Below, piece after piece: positions 1 to 9,037 of a DNA stretch of 64,000 bases. Source of the stretch: Chloroflexota bacterium. Its GTDB lineage: Bacteria > Chloroflexota > Dehalococcoidia > UBA2979. A program made the translations under genes and the position numbers. Every line of letters begins with the position of its first letter. Positions within the stretch are counted from its first letter, which is position 1. The stretch is taken from the NCBI GenBank assembly GCA_947499615.1, contig CANMOP010000004.1:38501-102500 (forward strand), read 5' to 3'. The notes beneath the pieces are model-generated. The model did no database searches. It saw nothing but the letters and a program-made list of their open reading frames with translations, and had not been told where the DNA came from.

Positions 1-27
1 ACTCGACGCTCGCGCTACCCTGCACGT

Positions 28-900
28 ATGCCCTCTCGCATCCCTCGAGTGACTCGCACCGAGGCGATCGTGCTCCGTCACCGCCGGTTGGGCGAGGCGG
101 ATCGCATCGTCAGCCTGCTCACGCCGCTGCAGGGCAAGGTCGACGCCGTCGCTAAGGGGGCGCTCCGGCCCCGCAGCAAGCTCGCCGGGCACCTGGAGCC
201 GCTGACGCGCGTCGATGTGCTCCTGGCGCACGGGCGCACGCTCGACGTGGTCACGCAGGCGCAGATGCTGGACGGCTTCCCGGCGTTGCACAGCGACCTC
301 GATCGATTGAGCACGGCGATGTACCTGTTGGAGCTCACCGACCGCCTGACCGAGGAGCACGCGGGCGACGACGGCCGGAACCAGCAGCCGCTGTACGACC
401 TGTTGCACGCCTCGCTGGTACGGGTCGCGCGGGGCGATGGGTTGCAGTTGGCCGCGCGATCATTCGAGCTCGCGCTGCTGGAAGTGTCAGGGTTTCGGCC
501 CGAGTGGCGCGTCTGCGTGAGTTGCGGCGTCGATGTCAGCGCGGACCGCGCGAACTGGTCCGCGCTCGCGGGCGGCGTGGTCTGTCCCTCGTGCCAGCGC
601 CTCCACCCGGAAGCGGTAGCGATCGAGCCGAACGTGCTGAAGGTGCTGCGCGCGATCCAGGACGGCCCTTACGAGGAGGCCGCACGTATCCGCCTCAGCC
701 CGGAACTCGCAGGTGCCCTCGAACGCGTCATGCACACGTTGATGCGAGCGATGACGGAGCGGGCGCTCGGCAGCGCCGAGTTCGTGGCGGACGCACGACG
801 GGCCTCGGTCGGCGTGGGAGCTGCCGCAGTTGCAGCCCCGGCACCCGCCGTCGACGCACCTCACGGAGAACGGGAGCAGGGCCCGCCACCGGCGCTGTAG
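28..900 (+). CDS. recO: DNA repair protein RecO
   Basis: N-terminal OB-fold-like region and C-terminal CxxC...CxxC zinc motif (CVSCG...CPSCQ), typical of RecO. Full-length ORF. Confidence 0.88.
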   Translation: MPSRIPRVTRTEAIVLRHRRLGEADRIVSLLTPLQGKVDAVAKGALRPRSKLAGHLEPLTRVDVLLAHGRTLDVVTQAQMLDGFPALHSDLDRLSTAMYLLELTDRLTEEHAGDDGRNQQPLYDLLHASLVRVARGDGLQLAARSFELALLEVSGFRPEWRVCVSCGVDVSADRANWSALAGGVVCPSCQRLHPEAVAIEPNVLKVLRAIQDGPYEEAARIRLSPELAGALERVMHTLMRAMTERALGSAEFVADARRASVGVGAAAVAAPAPAVDAPHGEREQGPPPAL

Positions 901-903
901 GCG

Positions 904-1407
904 CTACCGACGCTCCGTACGCTGGACGCCCCGCCCGGGGTGCCACTGATCGATCACGAGGTGATCCGCGGGTTGCCCGAGGCGCGTCAGCACCACCTCG
1001 CTCACCTGAACACGGAACAGGTGGGACGCCGTGGCGGCCTCCTCCAATTGTTCCTCGCTGACTTCGGCGTCCGGTGCGGTGTGCATCAGCCGTCGCAGCA
1101 GCGCAGGGTCGCGGACGAGGATGGCCAGCCCCGCGATCTTGGCATCGCCCTCGACCATCGAGGCGTCGATCGTTGCGCAATGGATCGCGAGTCGCGGGTC
1201 GCGTAGCAGGTCACGCGCCTTCATCGATCCGGGCATCATGCCGAGCCACAACTCGCCGTCGAGGAACGTGGCTTCCGTACCGCTGATGCGCGGGGAACCG
1301 TCGCGCCGGATCGTAGCGAGCGTCTTGTGCCGGTATGCATCGAAGCGAGCACGCACGGCCGCTGCCAGCGTAGGCGCCTCGCGCTCGACGTCGGACCAGC
1401 TTGTCAT
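904..1407 (-). CDS. pyridoxamine 5'-phosphate oxidase family protein (FMN-binding split barrel)
   Basis: 167-aa ORF with PNPOx-like pattern (RRDGSPRISG...LWLG). Functional class assigned by family resemblance only. Confidence 0.55.
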   Translation of the reverse strand: MTSWSDVEREAPTLAAAVRARFDAYRHKTLATIRRDGSPRISGTEATFLDGELWLGMMPGSMKARDLLRDPRLAIHCATIDASMVEGDAKIAGLAILVRDPALLRRLMHTAPDAEVSEEQLEEAATASHLFRVQVSEVVLTRLGQPADHLVIDQWHPGRGVQRTERR

Positions 1408-1419
1408 CGGTGACCGGGC

Positions 1420-2442
1420 CTACGAGCGCCGCGCGAGCACGTACTCGACCACGCCCTCAAGGGTGTCGCGTGGGTCGCCGGCCGGCAGCGCGGTCAGCGC
1501 TTCGAGCGCGCGATCCGCGAATCGCCGCGCTGTCACCATCGATTCCTCGAGGATGTCCGAGGCGCGGATTTCGGTGATGGCACGCTGCAGGTTCTGGCGG
1601 CGGCGCACCCCGTCGAACGCTCGGCGTACCGGGTTGTCGTCCGGGGAGCGGCCCATGTACAGCATGGCGGGGAGTGTCACCGTGCCCGAGAGCAGGTCGG
1701 ACCCGGCAGGCTTGCCGAGTTCCTCGCTCGTCGCGGAGAAGTCGAGGATGTCATCGACGATCTGGAACGCCATCCCGAGTTGTTCGCCGTAGCGGCGCAT
1801 CGGCTCGACGAGGTGCTCCGGGGCGCCCGTCACGATCGCGCCACACTCGGCCGCCGTGGCGAACAGCGAGGCGGTCTTGCCGGAGATGCGGTCGAAGTAG
1901 CGTTGCACGTCCGCGGAATACTCGAACGCGCTCATGTCCTGCGTCAGTTCGCCGTTCGCCATCACACGCAGCGTGTCCGCGAAGTTGCGAATGACGCGGA
2001 TGTTCCCGGTGCGCGCCACAAATTCCGCGGCGTGCGCAAACATGTAGTCCCCCAGCATGACGCTGGAGGCGTTGTTGAACAGCGCCGCAGCAGTCGGGCG
2101 GCCTCGACGTTCCGGCGCGGCGTCGATGACGTCGTCGTGAATCAGCGTCGCGGTGTGGAGCAACTCCACGCTGGCCGCCAACGGCACCAGCGGGCCGAGG
2201 TCGTAGGTGCCGAGCCGTCCCGCAAGCAATGCGATGGCGGGGCGCATGCGCTTCCCACCGCCGCCGAGAACGGACTCCAGCATGCGGCGCAGCCAGGGAA
2301 ACTCCACGCGCTGCAGATCGGTCAGCATCGTCTCCACCAGCGGCAGGTCGCCAGTCACGGGGCCGTAGAGGTCTACAGCGTCTGTGCGGACGTCCACCGT
2401 GGGGTCGCCGGATGTAGTGGTGCTGGCGTGTGACTGCGTCAT
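1420..2442 (-). CDS. polyprenyl diphosphate synthase (trans-isoprenyl diphosphate synthase family)
   Basis: Two DDxxD motifs (LIHDDVIDAAPERRGRP and FQIVDDILDF). Start taken at MTQSH. ATGA overlap with the tatD stop. Confidence 0.85.
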   Translation of the reverse strand: MTQSHASTTTSGDPTVDVRTDAVDLYGPVTGDLPLVETMLTDLQRVEFPWLRRMLESVLGGGGKRMRPAIALLAGRLGTYDLGPLVPLAASVELLHTATLIHDDVIDAAPERRGRPTAAALFNNASSVMLGDYMFAHAAEFVARTGNIRVIRNFADTLRVMANGELTQDMSAFEYSADVQRYFDRISGKTASLFATAAECGAIVTGAPEHLVEPMRRYGEQLGMAFQIVDDILDFSATSEELGKPAGSDLLSGTVTLPAMLYMGRSPDDNPVRRAFDGVRRRQNLQRAITEIRASDILEESMVTARRFADRALEALTALPAGDPRDTLEGVVEYVLARRS

Positions 2443-3239
2443 AGCGAGAATCCGAAGAGCCGAGCCGCGTTCTCCGCCGTCGCCTGAGCCACCTCGTCGA
2501 GGTCGCACCCGCGGAGGGCGGCCACAAAGCGGGCCGTCTCCACCACGTAGGCGGGCTCGTTGCGCGTCCCACGGTGGGGGCGCGGTGCGAGGTAGGGAGC
2601 GTCCGTCTCCACGAGCATAGCGGCAAGCGGCACACTGCGCGCCACACCCTGTCCGCGGTCGTTCTTCTGGTAGGTGACCGTCCCGGGCACCGAGATCAGG
2701 AAGCCGAGCTCGACGTACCGCGCGGCCAGCTCGGCGTCCCCGGAGAAGCAGTGCAACATCCCGACCTCACGGTCTGGCCCAAGGTATCGGCCGACGCGCG
2801 CAGCCCACGCCGAGATCTCGGCGTACGACTCCGCATCGGCATCGCGCGAGTGGATGACCACCGGGCGCTCCACCTCGCGCGCCAGGTCCAGTTGCCAGCG
2901 GAACGCCTCGAACTGCGCCTCGCGCGGCGAGCGGTCGCGGTAGAAGTCGAGCCCGATCTCGCCGACGCCGACGTACTCGCCGGTCTCCAGCAGCGTCCGG
3001 AGCACCTCGCGCTCTTCGGCGAAGCGGGACGCGCCGTGCGGGTGGAGCCCGGTGACCGCGTGCAGCCTTGGGTCGCGACGGGCGAGCTCCAGCGCGCGCA
3101 TCCCCGATGCGACGTCGTCGCCAACCTCGACGATCGCCACCAGTCCGGCGTCCCAGGCGCGCTGCAGCATGGCCTCGCGATCGTCCGCGAATTCTCGCGA
3201 GGTGATGTGCGAATGTGCATCGATGACGGGAGCGGTCAT
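2439..3239 (-). CDS. tatD: TatD family metal-dependent DNase/hydrolase
   Basis: HSH motif at the N-terminus (IDAHSHI) and conserved E/H/D metal ligands. 266 aa. Confidence 0.85.
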   Translation of the reverse strand: MTAPVIDAHSHITSREFADDREAMLQRAWDAGLVAIVEVGDDVASGMRALELARRDPRLHAVTGLHPHGASRFAEEREVLRTLLETGEYVGVGEIGLDFYRDRSPREAQFEAFRWQLDLAREVERPVVIHSRDADAESYAEISAWAARVGRYLGPDREVGMLHCFSGDAELAARYVELGFLISVPGTVTYQKNDRGQGVARSVPLAAMLVETDAPYLAPRPHRGTRNEPAYVVETARFVAALRGCDLDEVAQATAENAARLFGFSL

Positions 3240-3249
3240 GGGCGGAGCC

Positions 3250-4935
3250 TCACGTGCCGAGCCGCGCTTCTTCCTCCTCGACGAGCGAGTCGTCGAGCTT
3301 CAGGAAGAGCGGCCCAGGCTCCGGCAGGGAAATGCCACCCGCGATGGGACTGCGCTGCCAGCCAGCCGCCTGCAATTCGCCGACGTTCCCGGCCAGCGCC
3401 CACGCGCGCGACGAGGTGGACGGCATGAACGGCTGGAACAGCGTCGCGAGCCCGCTGATGACATTGATCGCGGTCCACAGCGTCTCCGCTGCCGAGTCGC
3501 GGTCCTGTTTGATCGCCGTCCACGGTACGCGCTCGTCGAGGTAACGGTTGGCGTCCTGCGCCACTGACATCGCGGTCTGCAGGGCGGCGCGCAACTGCAC
3601 AGCCTCGATGTGCGCACCCGCCTCGGCAAACGCAGCGTCGATGCGCGCGAGCATGCGTGCCGAGGACTCGGACAGCGTCGATGGCGCATCGGGTACCTTC
3701 GCGTCGAAGTTACGACGGGTGAAGGTCAGCACGCGGTTGACGAGGTTGCCCCAGGTCGCGACCAACTCATCGTTATTGCGGCGGACGTACTCTGCCCATG
3801 TGAAGTCGGAGTCGGAGGTTTCCGGCATGATCGCGGAGAGCATGTAGCGCAGCGGGTCGGCCGCGTGGCGGTCCAGGTAGTCCGGCATCCACACCGCCCA
3901 GTTGCGACTGGACGACGCCTTTGCGCCGGACATGGTCACGTACTGGTTCGCCGGTACATCGAACGGCAGATTCAGCGCCGTACTGCCAGGCGCCTCGGCG
4001 CTGCCGATGAGCATCGCGGGCCAGATCGTCGTGTGGAACGGGACGTTGTCCTTGCCTTGGAAGTAGTACGTGCGCGCCGCCGGATCCTCCCAGAACGCGC
4101 GCCAGGCCTCGGGGTCGCCGGAGGTCTGCGCCCACTCCTTGGAGGCGCTGAGGTAGCCGATCACGGCCTCGAACCAGACGTACAGGCGCTTCCCCTCGTA
4201 CCCCTCGACGGGCACGGGGATGCCCCAGTCGATGTCGCGGGTGATCGCGCGGTCATGCAACCCCTCGCGCAGCAGGCCGAGCGTGAAGTTGCGCACGGCC
4301 GGGCGCCAATGCGCCTGCGCCTCCACCCATGCCATCAGCCGCTCGTTGAACGTGGACAGCTTCAGCAGGAAGTGTTCGGACTCGCGAGGCTCCGGCGTAG
4401 CGTCGGACAGCCGCGAGCGTGGGTCGATGAGCTCCAGTGCGTCCAGGGTGGAGCCACAGTTGTCGCACTGGTCGCCTCGCGCGCCGGTATCGCCGCAGCG
4501 AGGGCAGGTGCCCTCCACGTAGCGATCGGGCAGGAAGCGCTGCATCTTGGGGTCGAACAGCAGCGTCTGGGTGGCGGGGTAGATGTACCCGGCAGCCCGC
4601 AACTGCTCGAAGAGCTCCTGCGCGACCTGGGCGTGGTTGGCCGTAGCCGTGGAGGTGAACAGGTCGAAGGAGATGCCGAACCGCTCGAACGTGTCGACGA
4701 ACGAGGCGTGATTGCGCGCCATAACCGCCTGCGGCGTGATCCCCTCTTGCTCGGCGCGCACCGTGATCGGCGTGCCGTGGGCATCGGAGCCAGAGACCAT
4801 CAGCACGCGATTGCCGCGCATCCGGTGGTAGCGGGCGAAAATATCGGCGGGCAGGTAGGCACCGGCCACCTGGCCGGCATGCAACGGGGTGTTGGCGTAC
4901 GGCCAGGCAACGCAAACAAGAATCGTCTCAGGCAT
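3250..4935 (-). CDS. metG: methionyl-tRNA synthetase
   Basis: Class I HIGH-type motif (PYANTPLHAGQ), Zn knuckle CPRCG...CDNCG and KMSKS-like region. Start taken at MPETILV; the upstream extension in the ORF track was ignored. Confidence 0.9.
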   Translation of the reverse strand: MPETILVCVAWPYANTPLHAGQVAGAYLPADIFARYHRMRGNRVLMVSGSDAHGTPITVRAEQEGITPQAVMARNHASFVDTFERFGISFDLFTSTATANHAQVAQELFEQLRAAGYIYPATQTLLFDPKMQRFLPDRYVEGTCPRCGDTGARGDQCDNCGSTLDALELIDPRSRLSDATPEPRESEHFLLKLSTFNERLMAWVEAQAHWRPAVRNFTLGLLREGLHDRAITRDIDWGIPVPVEGYEGKRLYVWFEAVIGYLSASKEWAQTSGDPEAWRAFWEDPAARTYYFQGKDNVPFHTTIWPAMLIGSAEAPGSTALNLPFDVPANQYVTMSGAKASSSRNWAVWMPDYLDRHAADPLRYMLSAIMPETSDSDFTWAEYVRRNNDELVATWGNLVNRVLTFTRRNFDAKVPDAPSTLSESSARMLARIDAAFAEAGAHIEAVQLRAALQTAMSVAQDANRYLDERVPWTAIKQDRDSAAETLWTAINVISGLATLFQPFMPSTSSRAWALAGNVGELQAAGWQRSPIAGGISLPEPGPLFLKLDDSLVEEEEARLGT

Positions 4936-5001
4936 GGCCGAATCGTAGCATGCGCGACCGACACGTCCGAGGCACCCCGCGCCGCCGTCGATCAACGCGC
5001 T

Positions 5002-5027
5002 GATCTGCTCACTGCCCATAGCAGATC
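5002..5027. promoter_or_regulatory. perfect 8-bp inverted repeat (GATCTGCT-N10-AGCAGATC) in the metG/guaB3-like divergent intergenic region
   Basis: Seen directly in the sequence. Candidate operator or hairpin. Confidence 0.25.
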
Positions 5028-5165
5028 GTTGACGCTCGCAGACGTGCGGCGTACCCTCCTGCAACTACATGCAGCGGCAAGGCATCGTCGGCACGACGCC
5101 GAGGTCAACCATATGCAGGATCACTCGCAGTCGACCCCTCTCGCACAGGGGGTTGGTGCGCGTAC

Positions 5166-5189
5166 AGGCCCCTCGCCAACGAGGGGCCT
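5166..5189 (+). promoter_or_regulatory. stable hairpin (10-bp stem AGGCCCCTCG / CGAGGGGCCT, 4-nt loop) in the leader of the guaB3-like gene
   Basis: Seen directly in the sequence. No gene on the + strand ends here, so it is not a simple terminator. Possible leader regulatory structure. Confidence 0.3.
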
Positions 5190-5230
5190 CTGTGTATCCG
5201 TTGACCCGGACGCATTCGTGGGCGACGCAT

Positions 5231-6409
5231 GTGCGTGCGGACGAGGGCGAAGGGCGGGGTGAGATGGCAGCGCGCAAGAGTCTGGAACACGCATATGGCT
5301 TCGACGATGTAGCCATCGTCCCGGGGGCGGTGACCACCAACCCGGAGATGGTCACCCCCGAGTTCAGCCTCGGCAACCGTACCTACAGCGTCCCGATCTT
5401 CGCCTCGGCGATGGACGCGGTGGTCGACCCGAAGTTCGCGATCACCTATTCGAAGATGGGCGGGATCGCCGTCCTCAACCTCGACGGGTTGCAGGCACGC
5501 TACGACGACCCCGCCGAGGTGTTGGACAGCATCGCCGCGGCGAATCTGGCGGACTCGACCGAGATTATCCAGCGCGTCTACCAGCAGCCGGTGCGCGAAG
5601 ACCTGATCGCGCGTCGCGTCGACGAGATCAAGCGCGGCGGCGGCATCCCGTTCGTGAGCACCACGCCCCAGAACACCAAGCGATTCGGCCCGATCGCGAT
5701 CGATGCTGGCGCGGAGTGCCTCGTCGTGCAGTCCACGGTGACGACGGCACGCCACCTCTCGCGCTCGCTGAAGGGGCTCCAGCTGGCGGAGTTGGTGCAG
5801 GAGCTTGGCTCGATCCCGGTGCTGGTCGGCAACACCGTCGACTATCAGGCGACGCTGGAACTGATGGAGACCGGCGTCGCGGGCATCCTCGTCGGCGTCG
5901 GACCGGGTGCTGCGTGCACCTCGCGCGAGGTACTCGGCATCGGCATCCCGCAGATCACCGCGAGCATCGACACTGCGTTCGCGCGTGACGAGTATTTCGA
6001 GCGCACCGGCCGCTACGTCCCGATCATCACTGACGGCGGCTTCCGCACCGGCGGCGATATCTCCAAGGCAATCTGCGCGGGCGCGGACGCGGTCATGATC
6101 GGCTCCCCGTTCGCGGGCACCGAGGAAGCACCCGGCCGCGGCTACCACTGGGGCATGGCGACCCCGAACCAGGAGCTGCCGCGCGGCGTACGCGTGCACA
6201 TCGGGCAGGGGCACAGCCTCCAGCAGTTGCTGTTCGGCCCCACCTCCCGCACGGACGGCACGGAAAACCTCGTGGGCGCACTACGCACCTCGATGGCAAC
6301 GTGCGGCGCGCAGACGATCCGCGACTTCCACACCTCGAGGATGGTGATCGCGCCATCGATCAAGACAGAAGGCAAGATCTACCAGATCAGCCAGCGCTCG
6401 CGGGACTAG
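5231..6409 (+). CDS. IMP dehydrogenase family protein, GuaB3-like (no CBS insert)
   Basis: IMPDH/GMP-reductase TIM-barrel motifs ([19 protein letters not shown], catalytic loop region). A start at GTG 5231 gives a GuaB3-like N-terminus; the alternative ATG is at 5264. Confidence 0.8.
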   Translation: MRADEGEGRGEMAARKSLEHAYGFDDVAIVPGAVTTNPEMVTPEFSLGNRTYSVPIFASAMDAVVDPKFAITYSKMGGIAVLNLDGLQARYDDPAEVLDSIAAANLADSTEIIQRVYQQPVREDLIARRVDEIKRGGGIPFVSTTPQNTKRFGPIAIDAGAECLVVQSTVTTARHLSRSLKGLQLAELVQELGSIPVLVGNTVDYQATLELMETGVAGILVGVGPGAACTSREVLGIGIPQITASIDTAFARDEYFERTGRYVPIITDGGFRTGGDISKAICAGADAVMIGSPFAGTEEAPGRGYHWGMATPNQELPRGVRVHIGQGHSLQQLLFGPTSRTDGTENLVGALRTSMATCGAQTIRDFHTSRMVIAPSIKTEGKIYQISQRSRD

Positions 6410-6414
6410 CGCGG

Positions 6415-6876
6415 ATGGCGACTCCGGAAGTCGACGCCACTCGCCGCCTGCTGTTCGATGCGGTCGACCGCATGGTGGCGGGCACGCAGGGGATAGACGC
6501 CGCTGCACTCCAGTGGCGGCCGTCCGCGCCGGAAGCGAACAGCCTCGCGGCGATCGTGGGGCACGCCTTCGGTGCGTTGGAGCAGAACGTCATCCAGTCG
6601 CTCGCGCTGCTGCACGAGGTGGAGCGCGACCGCGAGGCTGAATTCGCGGCGGTGGGCCACACGAGTGAGGCGATCGCCGCGCACTGGGCGACGCTCCGCC
6701 CCCAACTCGATGCTGCGCTCGAGGCGCTGACGGCCGCCGACCTCGATGACCAGCGGCCGCACCCTCGCTTCGGCGCGATGGATGGTCACGAACTGCTCGC
6801 CCGCGCGGTCACACACATGTACGAGCACGCCGCGCACGTGGAACTGACCCGCCAACTACTCGACGCGCGCGAGTAG
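6415..6876 (+). CDS. DinB/YfiT-like (DinB_2) four-helix-bundle metal-dependent protein
   Basis: 153 aa with spaced His residues (HAFG..., HMYEHAAH) typical of DinB_2 / mycothiol-dependent maleylpyruvate isomerase N-terminal-like proteins. Confidence 0.55.
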   Translation: MATPEVDATRRLLFDAVDRMVAGTQGIDAAALQWRPSAPEANSLAAIVGHAFGALEQNVIQSLALLHEVERDREAEFAAVGHTSEAIAAHWATLRPQLDAALEALTAADLDDQRPHPRFGAMDGHELLARAVTHMYEHAAHVELTRQLLDARE

Positions 6877-6883
6877 CCGAGCG

Positions 6884-7792
6884 CTAGTAGCCCACGCGCG
6901 CCTCGACGACGCGCTCGATGCCTGCGAAGTCACGGTGCACCGCGACCACTGCGTCGCCACCCAACGCGCCCGCCAGCGTCCTCGCCACCTTCTGCGCCTG
7001 CCCCGCACCGACCTCCAGCAGCACCGCGCGCGGCCCGGCGACGAGGTGCTCCGGGACGCGGTAGATCAGGCGGCGCACAAGGTCCAGTCCGTCGCGACCG
7101 CCGTTGAGCGCCCAGCCCGGCTCCCAGTCGCGCACCTCGGGAGCCAGCGCCTCGATCTCCACCTGCGGGATGTAGGGGAGGTTCGCCGTCACCACCTCAA
7201 CGCGCTCCGGCAGCGACTCGAAGAGGTCGGAGACCAGTAGCACCACGCGGTCGAGCAGGTCGAAGCGCTTGCGATTCTCCCCCGCGATCGCCAGCGCGCG
7301 ACTCGAGCGGTCGAGGCCGTACACCTTCGCCATCAGCGCGTGCTTCGCCACCGCCAGCGCGATGACGCCGCTGCCGGTGCCAACATCCGCCACGCGCACG
7401 AGCCGTCGCGCCGAAGGGTGTTCGCGCACGGCAGCGAGCGTGCGCTCGATCAGCAGCTCGGTCTCCGGACGGGGGATCAGCGCGCCGCGTCCGATGATGA
7501 AGGTCATCCCGTAGCACTCGCGGCGGCCGAGGATGTACGCGAGCGGCTCGTGCTGCAGGCGGCGGGCGAGCAGCGCCTCGAAGCGGGCGAGCGCCTCGAC
7601 GTCCGGCGTATCGCCTCCACGCGCGATCACCTGCGCGCGGTCGAGGCCGGCAGCTTCGCCATATAGCAGATCGGACTCCAGCCGCGCCTCGTCGAGGTTG
7701 TCGTCGCAGTGCGCGGCCAGCAGCGAGAGCGCGGCATTGTGAATGGTGATGCGGAGCGGCGGGACAGGCGGCAGAGGCGGCACAGTCGTCAC
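6884..7792 (-). CDS. prmC: release factor glutamine N5-methyltransferase PrmC (HemK)
   Basis: SAM motif VGTGSGVIAL and NPPY motif (TANLPYIP). Lies immediately downstream of prfA, as is typical. Confidence 0.88.
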   Translation of the reverse strand: MTTVPPLPPVPPLRITIHNAALSLLAAHCDDNLDEARLESDLLYGEAAGLDRAQVIARGGDTPDVEALARFEALLARRLQHEPLAYILGRRECYGMTFIIGRGALIPRPETELLIERTLAAVREHPSARRLVRVADVGTGSGVIALAVAKHALMAKVYGLDRSSRALAIAGENRKRFDLLDRVVLLVSDLFESLPERVEVVTANLPYIPQVEIEALAPEVRDWEPGWALNGGRDGLDLVRRLIYRVPEHLVAGPRAVLLEVGAGQAQKVARTLAGALGGDAVVAVHRDFAGIERVVEARVGY

Positions 7793-7811
7793 AGGTGTCC
7801 GCGCGCGTCGG

Positions 7812-8876
7812 TCACCCGACGGCGGCCAGCGCCTCGGCCTGCTCCGCGAGCGCGACGGCGTCGATCAGCCCCTCGATCTCGCCGTCGAGGATGCGCGGCA
7901 TCGAGTGCAGCGTGAGGTTGACGCGGTGATCGGTGACGCGATCCTGCGGGAAGTTGTACGTGCGAATCTTCTCGGAGCGTTCGCCGGTGCCGACCTGCGC
8001 CTTGCGATTGCCGGCCTGCTCCGCAGCCGCTCGCGCGCGCTCCATCTCGTAGATGCGCGCGCGCAGCACGGCCTCGGCCTTTGCGCGGTTCTTGCCTTGC
8101 GAGCGCTCGTCCTGGCACTGCACAACGATGCCCGTGGGCATGTGCGTCATGCGCACGGCGGTGGAGACCTTGTTCACGTTCTGCCCGCCCGCGCCGCCGG
8201 AGTGGAAGATGTCGATGCGCACGTCGTCCCAGTTGATGTCGACATCCACCTCGTCGACCTCGGGCAGTACGGCGACCGTGGCCGTCGAGGTGTGGATGCG
8301 GCCCTGCGCCTCGGTCTCCGGGACGCGCTGCACGCGGTGCACGCCGGACTCGAACTTCAGCCGTGAGTACGCGCCCTGGCCGTGCACCTCGAAGACGATC
8401 TCGCGGTAACCGCCCGCGCCCGCCTCGGCGGTGTCGATGATCTCGGTCTTCCAGTGGCGACGCTCAGCGTAGCGCTGGTACATCTTGAACAGGTCGGCGG
8501 CGAACAGCGCTGCCTCCTCGCCGCCGGTGCCGGCGCGAATCTCGACGATGACGTCGCGGTCGTCGGCGGGGTCCTTCGGCAGCAGGCTGAGCTTCATCTC
8601 TTCTTCGAGGCGCGCCACCTCGAGGGTCAGGCGCTCCTCCTCCTCGCGGCCGAGCGCGCGCACCTCTTCGTCGGCGTCGCGAGCGAGCATCCGCGCCTCA
8701 TCCAGCGCCGTCGAGCTCTCGCGGTACAGCCGATAGGCGCGCACCGTCGCCTCGATGCTGGCGCGCTCGCGCCCGATCTCCTGCACCCGCCGATGGTCGG
8801 CGAGCACCTCGGGATCGGCGAGCAGCCGCTCCAACTCCTCGTAGCGCGCTTCAATGTCAGCTAGTCGTTCGAACAT
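7812..8876 (-). CDS. prfA: peptide chain release factor 1
   Basis: GGQ motif (SGGAGGQNVNKV) and PxT-type RF1 tripeptide region. 354 aa. Confidence 0.95.
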   Translation of the reverse strand: MFERLADIEARYEELERLLADPEVLADHRRVQEIGRERASIEATVRAYRLYRESSTALDEARMLARDADEEVRALGREEEERLTLEVARLEEEMKLSLLPKDPADDRDVIVEIRAGTGGEEAALFAADLFKMYQRYAERRHWKTEIIDTAEAGAGGYREIVFEVHGQGAYSRLKFESGVHRVQRVPETEAQGRIHTSTATVAVLPEVDEVDVDINWDDVRIDIFHSGGAGGQNVNKVSTAVRMTHMPTGIVVQCQDERSQGKNRAKAEAVLRARIYEMERARAAAEQAGNRKAQVGTGERSEKIRTYNFPQDRVTDHRVNLTLHSMPRILDGEIEGLIDAVALAEQAEALAAVG

Positions 8877-8914
8877 GCGCTCAGGATAGCAGGGGGCGCG
8901 GGTTAGGGCTGAAC

Positions 8915-8960
8915 CAAGTGGATTCGAACCCGCCTCAACTCGCTTGATGCAAGGCGGCGG
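8915..8960 (-). other. tRNA-like fragment (canonical T-loop GGTTCGAATCC with disrupted T-stem and no foldable anticodon arm)
   Basis: On the minus strand the sequence reads ...GAGGCGGGTTCGAATCCACTTGG. The 11-mer is the canonical tRNA T-loop, but the flanking stem does not pair. It sits at the left edge of the low-GC island. Confidence 0.3.
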
Positions 8961-9037
8961 ACTTTCTCACCAGCACCCGGTTTGCCTATTCTCCGCGACA
9001 CTTCTGGCGCAGATCGTCCCGTGCGGGGCTTGGCCAT

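Noticed and set aside
3250-5064. Upstream N-terminal extensions proposed by the ORF track for metG. The same applies to pepP (to 29090), the methyltransferase (to 51339), thrS (to 62620), accC (to 60132), BCCP (to 58573) and comM (from 13947)
   Set aside because: Homology to the respective families begins at internal Met/Val/Leu codons. The extensions are Pro/Arg/Ser-rich and often overlap neighbouring genes.
5105-6214. Long antisense ORF (369 aa) opposite the guaB3-like gene. Similar antisense ORFs lie opposite metG (3610-5262), comM (14058-15635), alaS (38288-40390), pheT (55115-56140), thrS (61175-62605) and others
   Set aside because: They are Arg/Ala/Gly-rich low-complexity translations typical of stop-codon depletion in about 70% GC DNA. 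The opposite strands carry strongly conserved housekeeping proteins.
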